A DNA stretch of 13,934 nt from Fusobacteriota bacterium. GTDB taxonomy: Bacteria; Fusobacteriota; Fusobacteriia; JAPLKR01. Below the pieces are notes generated by a model, which made no database searches, was not told where the DNA came from, and worked only from the letters and a program-made list of their open reading frames with translations. The DNA lies in contig JAPLKR010000130.1 in assembly GCA_026387965.1 (NCBI GenBank), positions 1 through 13,934 on the forward strand, in the 5' to 3' direction. Positions 1 through 9,065 of this stretch are shown in pieces; the first letter of the stretch is position 1; every line of letters begins with the position of its first letter. The position numbers and the translations under genes are program-made.

Positions 1-25
1 CTATGGTAATATGGGTATAGCTCAT
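1..25 (-). CDS. 5' end of an unknown gene running off the left edge; only the first ~8 codons (MSYTHITI...) are visible
   Basis: There is an ATG on the minus strand (complement of 23-25) preceded by AAGGAG (complement of 36-41) at ~10 nt spacing. An extended -10 TGTTATAAT lies on the minus strand (complement of 62-70). The N-terminal MSYTHI faintly resembles N-termini of Firmicute IS30-family transposases, but 8 residues is far too few to call. Confidence 0.25.
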
Positions 26-244
26 AAGTTAAAGTCTCCTTAATGTTTGATCGTAACCTACATTATAACAGACTTCCTTCTTATGGGCTTTTTTATTACC
101 TTTATTTTTCCCTGTTGCACTTAATTATACAATCCACCAAATAATATCTTTTTCCATCTATTAGCTCCTATTTTTTTTACACTATATGCAGAAATATTAT
201 TGCTTACTTTCTTTGCAATTATAAATGGCTAAAATAAAGAAAAA

Positions 245-279
245 GGCGTTTCGCATTAAGCAAAACGTCTTTTTTGAAT
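245..279. terminator. Bidirectional intrinsic terminator immediately downstream of the SPFH gene
   Basis: GGCGTTTCGC-attaa-GCAAAACGTC forms a ~10-bp stem with one mismatch and one G-U pair. It is followed by TTTTTT on the plus strand. On the minus strand the reverse hairpin is followed by TTTTTCTTTATTTT. Confidence 0.6.
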
Positions 280-1263
280 CTATTTTTTCATATTGGCACT
301 AAAAAGTTCTTTGATACTTCCAATTGAGCTAAGAACAGAAGTGGCTTCATAAGGCATAAATACCGTATTGTTATTAGTGCTAGCTAATTTCTGGAAAGCC
401 TCAATGTACTTCATAGCGAGGATAAACTGAATAGATTCACTTTCTGAAACAATGCTCTTTTTAATATTGTTAATAGCATCTGATTCCCCTTGAGCTATTT
501 TGATTTTAGCCTCTGCAATACCTTCAGATTCTAAAATACGAGCTCTTTTTTCACCTTCAGCACGAGCGATTTGTGAATCTCTAAATCCCTCAGCTTCTAG
601 AATTTGTGATTGTTTTTGACCTTCGGCAGTCAAGATACTTGCACGTTTATCACGTTCCGCACGCATTTGTTTTTCCATGGCTGATTGAATCTCATCAGGG
701 GGCTTAATATCTTGGAGTTCAACACGATTAACTTTGATCCCCCATTTCTCAGTAGCTTCATCTAAAATAATGCGCAGTTTGCTGTTAATGGTATCTCTTG
801 AAGCGAGGGTTTGGTCTAAATCAAGCCCTCCAAGGACATTACGAAGTGTTGTTTGAGTCAACTTCTCAATAGCGTCTGGAAGGTTTAAAATTTCGTATAT
901 TGCACGCTTAGGATCTACAATTTGAAAATAAAGCAGAGCATTGATTTCAAGGGTAACATTGTCGCGCGTAATGACATTTTGTCTTGGGAAATCATAAACC
1001 GTTTCACGAAGATCAATTCTGTCCACATCGGCATTAAAATACATATTTCGTCCATTGGGCCCCACTTGTACATATTTCCAACGAATTTTTCTAGGTGAAT
1101 CAATAAACGGAATGATAAAATTAAGTCCGCTAAGCAACGTTTTTTCGTAACGACCAAGGCGCTCGATGATAATAACCTCGGCTTGTTTTACGATAAATAT
1201 TCCTTTTTTCATAAAAACAGCAATTACAATGATGATAATAACTAATATAACAATGTACGGCAT
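280..1263 (-). CDS. SPFH domain / band-7 family protein (stomatin/flotillin-like membrane scaffold), 327 aa
   Basis: The N-terminus is a transmembrane anchor (MPYIVILVIIIIVIAVF). An SPFH core follows, then a C-terminal E/A/K-rich coiled-coil (EAEGFRDSQIARAEGEKRARILESEG...). An AAGGAG RBS sits 8 nt upstream. The gene lies 22 nt downstream of an NfeD gene, which is the classic NfeD-stomatin pairing. Confidence 0.88.
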   Translation of the reverse strand: MPYIVILVIIIIVIAVFMKKGIFIVKQAEVIIIERLGRYEKTLLSGLNFIIPFIDSPRKIRWKYVQVGPNGRNMYFNADVDRIDLRETVYDFPRQNVITRDNVTLEINALLYFQIVDPKRAIYEILNLPDAIEKLTQTTLRNVLGGLDLDQTLASRDTINSKLRIILDEATEKWGIKVNRVELQDIKPPDEIQSAMEKQMRAERDKRASILTAEGQKQSQILEAEGFRDSQIARAEGEKRARILESEGIAEAKIKIAQGESDAINNIKKSIVSESESIQFILAMKYIEAFQKLASTNNNTVFMPYEATSVLSSIGSIKELFSANMKK

Positions 1264-1285
1264 AATTCTCCTTTGTGTAGTTTAA

Positions 1286-1714
1286 CTACTTAAGTGGATT
1301 TTTTTGAATATAAAGTGTAGAACTTTCAATTTTATAGATATAAGCAAATTCATTTAGTAAAAAGACATCTTCATTTTCATGAGTAGTTGCATTCCAAATG
1401 TCATCATAAACTTTAACACGGTATTCACAATTCTCTTTTGTATCTACAATGGTGACACGCCTTCCGATATATTCGGAAATATTACCTTTATAAGCATTTG
1501 GTTTGAGGCTAAGAGGAATTTTCTTCATAGAAAAGTAGAAAATAAGGGTTAAGATGATGACAATGGTGAGTAGTGTTGGAAGATGTGGAAAAAAGAACGC
1601 AACCACTCCGGCAATAATGGTAGCAAGTCCAAAACTTAGAAAAATAAAAAGAGTAGGTGTAAGCATCTCAAAAAGTACAAGTAAGATGCCTACGCCGATA
1701 AAGTAGTATGCCAT
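1286..1714 (-). CDS. NfeD-family membrane protein, short form (two TM helices plus C-terminal OB-fold beta-barrel), 142 aa
   Basis: The N-terminal half is hydrophobic and the C-terminal ~70 aa look like a soluble beta-rich domain (RRVTIVDTKENCEYRVKVYDDIWNA...), the typical NfeD architecture. It sits directly upstream of the SPFH gene. Its ATG overlaps the glgP stop (TAATG). Confidence 0.8.
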   Translation of the reverse strand: MAYYFIGVGILLVLFEMLTPTLFIFLSFGLATIIAGVVAFFFPHLPTLLTIVIILTLIFYFSMKKIPLSLKPNAYKGNISEYIGRRVTIVDTKENCEYRVKVYDDIWNATTHENEDVFLLNEFAYIYKIESSTLYIQKNPLK

Positions 1715-4158
1715 TAGTTAATAGGTTTGATATTCCAGATTTCATCCGCATAACTTTGGATGGTTCTATCACTTGTGAAGAAGCCGGAATTTGCGATGTT
1801 AATAAGAGATTTTTTAGCCCAACCCAATTTATCATGGTAGGCAACATCTACTTCTGCTTGTGCTGCTTTGTATTCAGCAAAGTCTTTAAGAACAAAGAAT
1901 GGATCAGGAATATTACCTTCAACACCGTGAAGTAGAGAATCATAAAGCTCTCTAAAAATTCCAGGTTCTTTTGGGCAGAATACATCAGAATTTAGATGTT
2001 CTAAAACTTTAGCTAAATCTGGATTATTTTCATATTCATCCCAAGAGTGGTAGCTGTGATTATTGGTATATTCTACAACGTCTGCTGCTGTAAGTCCAAA
2101 GATAAATGCGTTCTCTCTGCCAACATGGTCAACGATTTCGACGTTTGCACCATCCATAGTTCCAATTGTTAATGCACCATTCATCATGAATTTCATGTTT
2201 CCGGTTCCTGAAGCCTCTTTACTTGCAGTAGAGATTTGTTCCGATACATCTGAAGCGGGGAAGATGGTTTGTGCAAGTGACACATTGTAGTTTTCTAAGA
2301 ATACCACTTTAAGTTTATGGTTTGTATCTGCATCATTATTAATTTTTTTAGCTATATTGTTGATAAGCTTAATAATACTTTTTGCTCTTCTATAGCCACT
2401 TGCTGCCTTAGCGCCAAAGATAAATGTTCTTGGAGCGATATCAAGATCAGGATTTTCTTTAAGTCTGTTGTATAAATCAATGATGTGAAGCGCATTTAAA
2501 AGTTGTCTTTTATACTCATGTAGACGCTTAATTTGAACATCGAAAATTGAATTAGGATCAATGGTTACTTTGGTCTGATCGTAAATAATTTTTGCTAAAT
2601 CTTTTTTATTTTCAAATTTTATCTGCATTAACTCTTCTAATGATGCAGTGTCTTCAACATAAGCTTCTAATTTTTTAAGCTCATCAAGATTTGTAATCCA
2701 ACCATTCCCGATTTTAGAAGTAATGAAGTTTGCAAGTCTTGGATTAGAGAGAAGAAGCCATCTTCTTTGTGTAACACCATTGGTCTTGTTATTGAATTTT
2801 TTTGGGTAGAGTTCAAACCACTCTTTTAACTCTTCATTTTTTAATAATTCAGTATGAAGTGCCGCCACCCCATTGACAGAATGACTTCCGACGATAGCAA
2901 GCCATGCCATATGAATTAGACCATTTGCCACAATTGACATACGGTTTTTCTTATTCCAATCTTTTGGATACTTCATCTCTAATTCTTTTAAGAAACGACG
3001 GTTAATCTCTTCGATAATTTGGTAAATTCTTGGAAGAAGTTTCGAGAACATATCAATTGGCCATTTTTCAAGAGCTTCAGCCATAATTGTATGATTAGTA
3101 TATCCAAAAACTTTAGTTGTAATACGCCAAGCAAATTCCCACGAAAGTCCCTCTTCGTCCATTAGAATTCTCATAAGCTCTGGAATTGATACAACTGGGT
3201 GAGTATCGTTAAGCTGCACAGCTACTTTATCTGCAAATTTTGCAAAATTTGCTCCATATTGTTTTTTGTAATTTCTTAAGATGTCTTGTAAACTTGCTGA
3301 TGAGAAGAAGTATTGCTGTTTAAGTCTTAATTCTTTACCAGATGGACCAGTATCATTAGGGTAAAGTACACGAGAGATATCCTCAGCACTATTTTCTTGT
3401 GCCATGGCTTGTAGGTACTCTTGGTCATTAAAAAGTTGAAGATTAAATCCCTCTTTTGATGAAGCGTCCCATAGTCTAAGTGTATTTACATTGTCAGTTC
3501 CATATCCTGTAACAGCAAAATCATATGGAGTTGCGACAATATCTTCCGTATTTTCAACAAAGAAAACTTCTCTTCCTTCATCGTTTTTCTTAGCATTAAC
3601 CTCGCCATAAAACTTAATAACTACGCGCTCTGCTTCTCTTTCAATTGACCATGAATCACCGTATTTTAACCAATTATCAGGCTCTTCCATTTGCACCCCA
3701 TTTTCAAATTTCTGTTTAAACATTCCAAAACGATAACGAATTCCATAACCATGTCCTGGAAGATTAAGCGTAGCAAGAGAATCTAGGAAACATGCAGCAA
3801 GTCTACCAAGCCCGCCATTTCCAAGTCCTGCGTCTTGCTCAATTTCTTCGATTTTGTTGTAATCAATTCCAATTTCAGAGCAAATTTCTCGAATATCTTC
3901 AAGTGAGAGCATGTTAATCAGATTATTACTCATTGCTCTCCCAATCAGAAACTCAGCCGAGAAATAAAACATTTGCTTGGCTTCTTGTTTTTTTGTTTTT
4001 TCTTTCGTTAGCATCCAACAATCTGCAATGGTATTCATAATAGTTTGAGATACAACACGATATTTATCAACTTCAGAAGCATTTTTAAGATCAGTAAGAT
4101 ATTGAACATGTAGACGACGTTTTACGATTTCAATAAATAATTTTTTATCAATTTTCAT
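1714..4158 (-). CDS. glgP: Glycogen/maltodextrin phosphorylase (GT35 family), ~814 aa from the ATG at 4158 (the ORF-track TTG at 4188 is probably not the start)
   Basis: The pyridoxal-phosphate lysine motif EASGTGNMKFMMNGALTIGTMDGANVEI is present and the length is as expected. GGAG (complement of 4171-4174) lies 8-9 nt upstream of the ATG at 4158. Confidence 0.93.
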   Translation of the reverse strand: MKIDKKLFIEIVKRRLHVQYLTDLKNASEVDKYRVVSQTIMNTIADCWMLTKEKTKKQEAKQMFYFSAEFLIGRAMSNNLINMLSLEDIREICSEIGIDYNKIEEIEQDAGLGNGGLGRLAACFLDSLATLNLPGHGYGIRYRFGMFKQKFENGVQMEEPDNWLKYGDSWSIEREAERVVIKFYGEVNAKKNDEGREVFFVENTEDIVATPYDFAVTGYGTDNVNTLRLWDASSKEGFNLQLFNDQEYLQAMAQENSAEDISRVLYPNDTGPSGKELRLKQQYFFSSASLQDILRNYKKQYGANFAKFADKVAVQLNDTHPVVSIPELMRILMDEEGLSWEFAWRITTKVFGYTNHTIMAEALEKWPIDMFSKLLPRIYQIIEEINRRFLKELEMKYPKDWNKKNRMSIVANGLIHMAWLAIVGSHSVNGVAALHTELLKNEELKEWFELYPKKFNNKTNGVTQRRWLLLSNPRLANFITSKIGNGWITNLDELKKLEAYVEDTASLEELMQIKFENKKDLAKIIYDQTKVTIDPNSIFDVQIKRLHEYKRQLLNALHIIDLYNRLKENPDLDIAPRTFIFGAKAASGYRRAKSIIKLINNIAKKINNDADTNHKLKVVFLENYNVSLAQTIFPASDVSEQISTASKEASGTGNMKFMMNGALTIGTMDGANVEIVDHVGRENAFIFGLTAADVVEYTNNHSYHSWDEYENNPDLAKVLEHLNSDVFCPKEPGIFRELYDSLLHGVEGNIPDPFFVLKDFAEYKAAQAEVDVAYHDKLGWAKKSLINIANSGFFTSDRTIQSYADEIWNIKPIN

Positions 4159-4212
4159 TTTGCGAAAATCTCCTTTCAAATATAGCAATCTTTCTAAGTG
4201 CTAACTAACTTG

Positions 4213-4241
4213 ATTATAGAATAATATTGAGATGATGTCAA
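4213..4241 (-). promoter_or_regulatory. Consensus sigma70/sigmaA promoter for the glgP-nfeD-SPFH operon
   Basis: On the minus strand, TTGACA (complement of 4236-4241) is followed by a 17-nt spacer and TATAAT (complement of 4213-4218). It lies ~35 nt upstream of the glgP RBS. Confidence 0.55.
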
Positions 4242-4356
4242 CTTAATAATAATAAGCATGCAAGTTATAAACGATTAATATAATTTAATTTTAATGGTTA
4301 TTTAGGAGATGAGGAATCTGTGGATATGGCAATTTTATTTTTTGTATAAAAATTTA

Positions 4357-4385
4357 ACAAAAAATAATGAAAAAATGATATAATA
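4357..4385 (+). promoter_or_regulatory. Extended -10 promoter for the ppx/gppA gene (divergent from glgP)
   Basis: TGATATAAT at 4377-4385 matches the TGnTATAAT extended -10. The -35 (AACAAA) is weak. The element lies ~35 nt upstream of the GTG start. Confidence 0.4.
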
Positions 4386-4423
4386 AAAAAGTGATTATTA
4401 ATAGAAGTAAATAGGAGAAATTT

Positions 4424-5350
4424 GTGAAAAGAGAAAGAGTTGCTTCAATAGATATTGGAACAAATTCCGTGAGACTATTAGTGGCAGATAGAGAAGATTA
4501 TAAAATAATACAGGTAGAAAAAAGAAAAGTCGTGACACGTTTAGGGAAAAATCTCTCTTCAACTGGACTACTCTCAGAAGAGTCAATGGATAACACATTG
4601 GAGGCATTAAAATTGTTTGCCAAACGTGCAAGTGAGCATGGTGTAAAGTCAGAAAATATTGTTTGCCTAGCAACGTCTGCTAGTCGGGATGCGCAAAATG
4701 GCGAAGAATTTATGAAGAAAATTGGAATAGTTGTTGGCATAAAACCTCAAATCATACCTGGAGAGATTGAAGCTCAACTTGCATTTGCAGGAGCGACGTG
4801 TGATAGAGATATCAATAGAAAATATTTGGTGGTGGATATTGGTGGCGGATCTACAGAGTTTGCTTATGGGACACCAGAAATATTAGAACTTGTTGAAAGT
4901 CTTAATATGGGAGCAGTGAGATTAAAAGAGCTTTTCTTTGCGTCAGATGAGTATGAAGAGGAAACAATAGAGAAGGCAAAAATATTCATTTCAGGGCTAA
5001 TGAGTGATATTGTTGAGATTAAAGGAGAGCCCTATGAAGTCATTGGTGTTGCCGGAACGATAACGACGCAAGTAACGATACGTGACTCAATAGATAAAGA
5101 AGTTGGATATGTTCATTTGAAAATGTTGACTAAAAATGAGGTTAAAGATAATTTTAACCGTCTTAAAAAAATGAGTTTAACCGAACGAGAATCCATTATA
5201 GGTTTGGAAAAAGAGAGGGCAGATGTCATTGTTGTGGGAACGCTTATTTTGCTGACATTAATGGAAGTTTTAGGAATTGAAGAGATGCGGGTATCCGAAA
5301 GTGATAATTTGGAGGGAATGCAACTCTTAGATTTTTCAGAAGAAAAATAG
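4424..5350 (+). CDS. Ppx/GppA-family phosphatase (exopolyphosphatase / guanosine pentaphosphate phosphohydrolase), short 308-aa form
   Basis: The N-terminal IDIGTNSVRLLVAD actin-like ATPase-fold signature and DIGGGSTEF motif are present. The start is GTG with an AGGAGA RBS 5 nt upstream. Confidence 0.88.
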   Translation: MKRERVASIDIGTNSVRLLVADREDYKIIQVEKRKVVTRLGKNLSSTGLLSEESMDNTLEALKLFAKRASEHGVKSENIVCLATSASRDAQNGEEFMKKIGIVVGIKPQIIPGEIEAQLAFAGATCDRDINRKYLVVDIGGGSTEFAYGTPEILELVESLNMGAVRLKELFFASDEYEEETIEKAKIFISGLMSDIVEIKGEPYEVIGVAGTITTQVTIRDSIDKEVGYVHLKMLTKNEVKDNFNRLKKMSLTERESIIGLEKERADVIVVGTLILLTLMEVLGIEEMRVSESDNLEGMQLLDFSEEK

Positions 5351-5570
5351 GATATTATTTTGGTATTTTTAAAACAAATAAGTAAATAATTGATATTCTA
5401 TTGCTGGTGAATAATGCCAAATTATGGAGAAATTATGGACGAATGAGAAATTTTAAAAAAATTTATTTTTGACAATTTAACACAGAAGAGAAACAAAAGC
5501 AAAACTTATAGAAGTTTATTAGAGGCAAAAAATAATACTATTAATAAAATTAAGTAGGAGGATTATAAAA

Positions 5571-6014
5571 ATGAGACTAATTATTGGATGTGACCATGGA
5601 GCAACGCCTTTAAAAGATGAGATTGTAAAACATCTAGTGGCAAAAGGGTTAGAAATAGAAGATGCAGGGACTTTTGGAACAACCCCAGTCGATTATCCGG
5701 ATATAGCAAAAAAAGTATGTGAGAAAATTCAAAACAAAGAAAAGGATTTAGGAATACTTCTTTGTGGAACAGGGATTGGAATCTCAATTGCCGCTAACAA
5801 ATATATTGGCATTCGAGCATCACTTTGTCACAATGAGTATGAAGCTGAGATGTCCAAAAGACATAATGATTCAAATGTATTGGTTCTTGGTGGAAGAGTG
5901 ATAGGAAGAGATTTGGCTCTCAGCATCGTAGACAGATATTTACTATGTGATTTTGAAGGTGGAAGACACCAAGCAAGACTAGATAAAATAGCATTGATTG
6001 AAAAATTACAGTAG
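5571..6014 (+). CDS. rpiB: Ribose-5-phosphate isomerase B (RpiB/LacAB sugar-phosphate isomerase family), 147 aa
   Basis: IIGCDHGA ... LLCGTGIGISIAANK ... FEGGRHQARLDKI matches RpiB throughout. An AGGAGG RBS is present. Confidence 0.9.
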   Translation: MRLIIGCDHGATPLKDEIVKHLVAKGLEIEDAGTFGTTPVDYPDIAKKVCEKIQNKEKDLGILLCGTGIGISIAANKYIGIRASLCHNEYEAEMSKRHNDSNVLVLGGRVIGRDLALSIVDRYLLCDFEGGRHQARLDKIALIEKLQ

Positions 6015-6204
6015 TAGATTTTTGTGGAATCAAGGAAATCAAAACAATTTGAACATGGGTGCATACTGGGTCGCGAAAAGGAATGGACGTACACGGATTT
6101 AAGAAAAGATTTTTTATATAAAAAATTTTAAAAGAGTGTGCAGTTTGAAGATTTTGATGGTTAGTCAGATTTTAGTCAGGTTCGAAAATATATTTAAGGA
6201 GGAA

Positions 6205-6546
6205 ATGATGTGCATATTTTGTAAAATAGTGAACAGAGAAATCCCTGTAAAACTGATCTATGAAGATGAATTTGTGGTTGCGTTTGATGATATTAACCCA
6301 ACAGCACCTGCTCATTTTTTAGTGATTCCGAAAATTCATATCTCAACCCTCAATGAGATTACATCGGAAAATTCGAATATGTTAGCAAAAATATTTGAGG
6401 TGATTCCAAAACTCGCTAAAGAAAAAGGTGTTGATGAAAAGGGATATAGAGTAGTAGCAAATTGCAATAGTGAGGGTGGACAAGAGGTCTTTCACATTCA
6501 TTTTCATGTAATTGGCGGAAAGCAGTGTAAATGGCCAGCGGTGTAA
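6205..6546 (+). CDS. HIT (histidine triad) family nucleotide hydrolase, HinT-like, ~113 aa
   Basis: The histidine triad HIHFHVIGG is present. The chosen start is the ATG pair at 6205/6208, 2-5 nt after AAGGAGG at 6196-6202. The track ORF start at 6136 lacks an RBS. Confidence 0.85.
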   Translation: MMCIFCKIVNREIPVKLIYEDEFVVAFDDINPTAPAHFLVIPKIHISTLNEITSENSNMLAKIFEVIPKLAKEKGVDEKGYRVVANCNSEGGQEVFHIHFHVIGGKQCKWPAV

Positions 6547-7301
6547 ATTTAGTTATCTCAAGCAGAGAGAACAAAACATATAAACTTCTTCGCCAACTCA
6601 CGCAAAAAAAGTTTCGCCAAGAGTTAGGACTTGTTATCATAGAAGATACCAATGCCCCCAGTTATGTTAAAAATGTGGTAGAAATTATCGTCAGAGAAGA
6701 TAGAGTAAAAGAGTATGAAAAAAAAGTGCTCCATTTAGGAGCTAAAATCTCCATTTTTGCGCTTGAGCTTTTTAAGAGTGTTTCAACGTTAGAAAATTCT
6801 CATGGACTTATTTTTATTGTAAAAGTTCCCATGGAAAAAAAAATTACACACTCTAAAATATTCGTACTAGATGAAATTCAAGACCCTGGAAATATGGGTA
6901 CAATCATTAGAACATTAGATGCACTGAATTTTACCCAAGTGATACTGATTAAAGGGTGCGTGGATATATGGAACGAAAAGTGTGTAAGAGGTGCTATGGG
7001 CTCTCTTTTTCATGTGGATATTCATAGTTACGAGAGAGCGAAAGCAATAGAATTTCTTCAAAAAGAGGGGTATCACATTTATGCCACTACACTCTCAGAG
7101 AGAAGTATCTCTCACTTCACTCTAAAGTTAGCAGAAAAATGTGCCTTTGTAATGGGAAATGAGGGTCAGGGTGTAAGCGGGAGTTTTTTAGATGTTGCAG
7201 ATACCCACGTGAAAATCGTGATGTATGGCAAAGCGGAGAGCCTTAATGTTGGTGTTGCCACTGCGGTACTTGGGTATGAGGTGCGTCGATGCTTATTATG
7301 A
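6531..7301 (+). CDS. SpoU/TrmH-family RNA 2'-O-methyltransferase (RlmB/YacO-like, with N-terminal substrate-binding domain), 256 aa
   Basis: SPOUT motifs are present: LDEIQDPGNMGTIIRTLDA, VMGNEGQGVS and ESLNVGVATAVLGYE. The start overlaps the HIT gene by 16 nt. Confidence 0.85.
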   Translation: MASGVNLVISSRENKTYKLLRQLTQKKFRQELGLVIIEDTNAPSYVKNVVEIIVREDRVKEYEKKVLHLGAKISIFALELFKSVSTLENSHGLIFIVKVPMEKKITHSKIFVLDEIQDPGNMGTIIRTLDALNFTQVILIKGCVDIWNEKCVRGAMGSLFHVDIHSYERAKAIEFLQKEGYHIYATTLSERSISHFTLKLAEKCAFVMGNEGQGVSGSFLDVADTHVKIVMYGKAESLNVGVATAVLGYEVRRCLL

Positions 7302-7652
7302 TTTTTTTTAATTGGGTCAGGGATACTTACGGGTTTTTTAGCTGGACTGCTTGGTGTTGGGGGAAGTTTAATTACTGTTCCTTATATGATGCAGTATAAT
7401 ATTCCTCAAAGGGTAATAGATGGGACGACCACCATGTTTACTGTTGTTGTTACCGTTATTGGAACGATGCGCTACATTTATAATGGCGTGACAGAACAAC
7501 ACATGACCCATACCGTGCGGACAATTGGCTATGTAACGTGGCCAGCAGTGCTTTTTATGACACCATTTAGCATGTGGTTTGCAAAGTACGGGGCTGATTT
7601 AAGTAAAAAACTCGATGATAAAGTTTTGAATTTTATGGTTTGGTCGTGCTGA
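7302..7652 (+). pseudogene. TauE/SafE (DUF81) sulfite-exporter-family fragment, C-terminal half-repeat only, with no start codon
   Basis: In frame from 7302 the sequence reads FFLIGSGILTGFLAGLLGVGGSLITVPYMMQYN..., which contains the characteristic GxxxGxGGG motif of DUF81. The reading frame begins immediately after the TGA of the methyltransferase with no ATG/GTG/TTG. The only ATG (7386) lies inside the conserved motif. Full-length family members are ~250 aa. Confidence 0.5.
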
Positions 7653-7688
7653 CGTAGCAACCATGGCAAGAAAATTAGGAGGACAATT

Positions 7689-8909
7689 TTGAAAGAGAAA
7701 ATACTAAATCGTTTTATACGTTACTGTAAAGTGAACACCAAATCTAATCCAAATAGCGAAAATCTACCGAGTACAGAAGTTCAGTTTGAACTGGCTCACA
7801 TATTAAAGAACGAGTTAGAGATGCTAGGGCTTCAAAATGTCGAGCTAGATGATAAGTGTTATTTGATGGCGACACTACCAGCCAATACAAGCAAAAAAGC
7901 GCCAACGATAGGATTTATATCACATTTAGATACAGCTCCAGACTTTTCAGGTGAAGAGGTTAATCCTCAAATTATTGAAAATTATAATGGCTTAGCCATA
8001 AAATTAGGAAATAGCGGAGATAGTATTGATCCGTTGGATTTTCCTGAAGTTTTAGACTACATAGGACAAACGTTGATAACTACAGATGGAAAGACGCTTC
8101 TAGGGGCTGACGATAAAGCAGGTATTGCTGAGATTTTGGAATTTCTAAGCTATTTAAAAGAGCATCCTGAACTTGAACATGGGGAGATTAAAGTAGGATT
8201 TACCCCAGATGAAGAGATAGGTAGAGGAGCTGACTTTTTTGATGTGTCAAAATTTGGAGCTGAGTTTGCTTATACAGTAGATGGTGGTAAAATTGGCGAG
8301 ATTGAGTATGAGACCTTTAATGCTGCAGGGGCTAAAATAGAAATTCATGGAAGAAATGTTCATCCTGGAAGTGCAAAGGGTAAACTGGTTAGTTCGATTG
8401 CCATTGGAGAAGAGTTAAATAGAATGCTGCCGTTTAGTGAAAGACCAGAATATACCGAAGGGTATGACGGATTTTATTTTTTAATGCGATTTGATGGAAG
8501 CATTGAAACAACAACGTTAGAGTATATCATTCGAGACCATTCTAAGAAAAAATTTGAAAGTCGTAAGAAGTATTTAGAAAAAATTGTAGCGTTTCTGAAT
8601 GAAAAATTTGAAAACCGTTTGACTTTAGAGATGAAAGATCAATACTACAATATGGCAGAGATGATAAAACCTCATCCTCATATTTATGATTTAGCTGTCA
8701 GAGCTATTCAAAAAGCAGGAATTGAGCCAATTACAAAGCCTGTTCGTGGGGGTACTGATGGTTCAAAACTCTCATTTATGGGACTTCCAACTCCCAATAT
8801 ATTTTGTGGAGGGCACAATGGGCATGGAAAGTATGAATTTATTCCTGTCGAATCTATGGTAAAAGCTGTAGAAGTTTTAGTCAACATCGCCACTTTGGCA
8901 GTTGAATAA
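7689..8909 (+). CDS. pepT: Peptidase T (tripeptide aminopeptidase, M20B), 406 aa, TTG start
   Basis: The N-terminus MKEKILNRFIRYCKVNTKS, GFISHLDTAPDFSG and the length match PepT. An AGGAGG RBS lies 6 nt before the TTG. Confidence 0.92.
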   Translation: MKEKILNRFIRYCKVNTKSNPNSENLPSTEVQFELAHILKNELEMLGLQNVELDDKCYLMATLPANTSKKAPTIGFISHLDTAPDFSGEEVNPQIIENYNGLAIKLGNSGDSIDPLDFPEVLDYIGQTLITTDGKTLLGADDKAGIAEILEFLSYLKEHPELEHGEIKVGFTPDEEIGRGADFFDVSKFGAEFAYTVDGGKIGEIEYETFNAAGAKIEIHGRNVHPGSAKGKLVSSIAIGEELNRMLPFSERPEYTEGYDGFYFLMRFDGSIETTTLEYIIRDHSKKKFESRKKYLEKIVAFLNEKFENRLTLEMKDQYYNMAEMIKPHPHIYDLAVRAIQKAGIEPITKPVRGGTDGSKLSFMGLPTPNIFCGGHNGHGKYEFIPVESMVKAVEVLVNIATLAVE

Positions 8910-9065
8910 TAAAATATGGGTATGTTATGGAGGTGTACTGGTAATTAAAATGATCACGGTTATTCGCTATACGAGGCAACTTTTAGATTAATTTTTTTTC
9001 CTCAAAGCTGTATGTTGCAGACACTATTTATTTAAACATATTCTAAAAAAACAAGGAGAGCACAG

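Noticed and set aside
915-1157. 80-aa ORF on the minus strand inside the SPFH gene. Similar embedded or antisense ORFs occur at 1708-1935, 2063-2290, 4398-4673, 4498-4740, 5581-5787, 5828-6094, 6416-6652, 8708-8893, 9754-9948, 10111-10332, 10332-10559, 11441-11659, 13208-13396 and 13713-13916.
   Set aside because: All lie within or antisense to much longer ORFs with clear conserved-family signatures, or in repeat-rich intergenic DNA. They have no RBS and low-complexity translations, so they are treated as spurious.
4159-4188. TTG start extending glgP by 10 codons (MLYLKGDFRK)
   Set aside because: The extension itself contains the RBS (AAAGGAG) for the ATG at 4158, so the shorter ORF is the real one.
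6040-6110. Locally GC-richer stretch (CATGGGTGCATACTGGGTCGCGAAAAGGAATGGACGTACACGG) in the rpiB-HIT intergenic region, with GGGTCGCGA vaguely reminiscent of the 5' part of ZTP-type riboswitches
   Set aside because: The 3' pseudoknot partner and other conserved elements are missing, no convincing fold could be built by eye, and the downstream gene (HIT) is not a typical riboswitch target. It is left as unexplained sequence.
6136-6204. N-terminal extension of the HIT ORF (MCSLKILMVSQILVRFENIFKEE)
   Set aside because: There is no RBS. A strong AAGGAGG lies just upstream of the internal ATG pair at 6205/6208, and HIT proteins of this type are ~110-115 aa.
8926-9003. Two tiny ORFs (MGMLWRCTGN and MITVIRYTRQLLD) upstream of the HAD-like gene that could be leader peptides
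   Set aside because: The first has no RBS and the second sits ~16 nt from GGAGG, which is poor spacing. There are no regulatory-codon runs and no terminator or antiterminator alternative structures.
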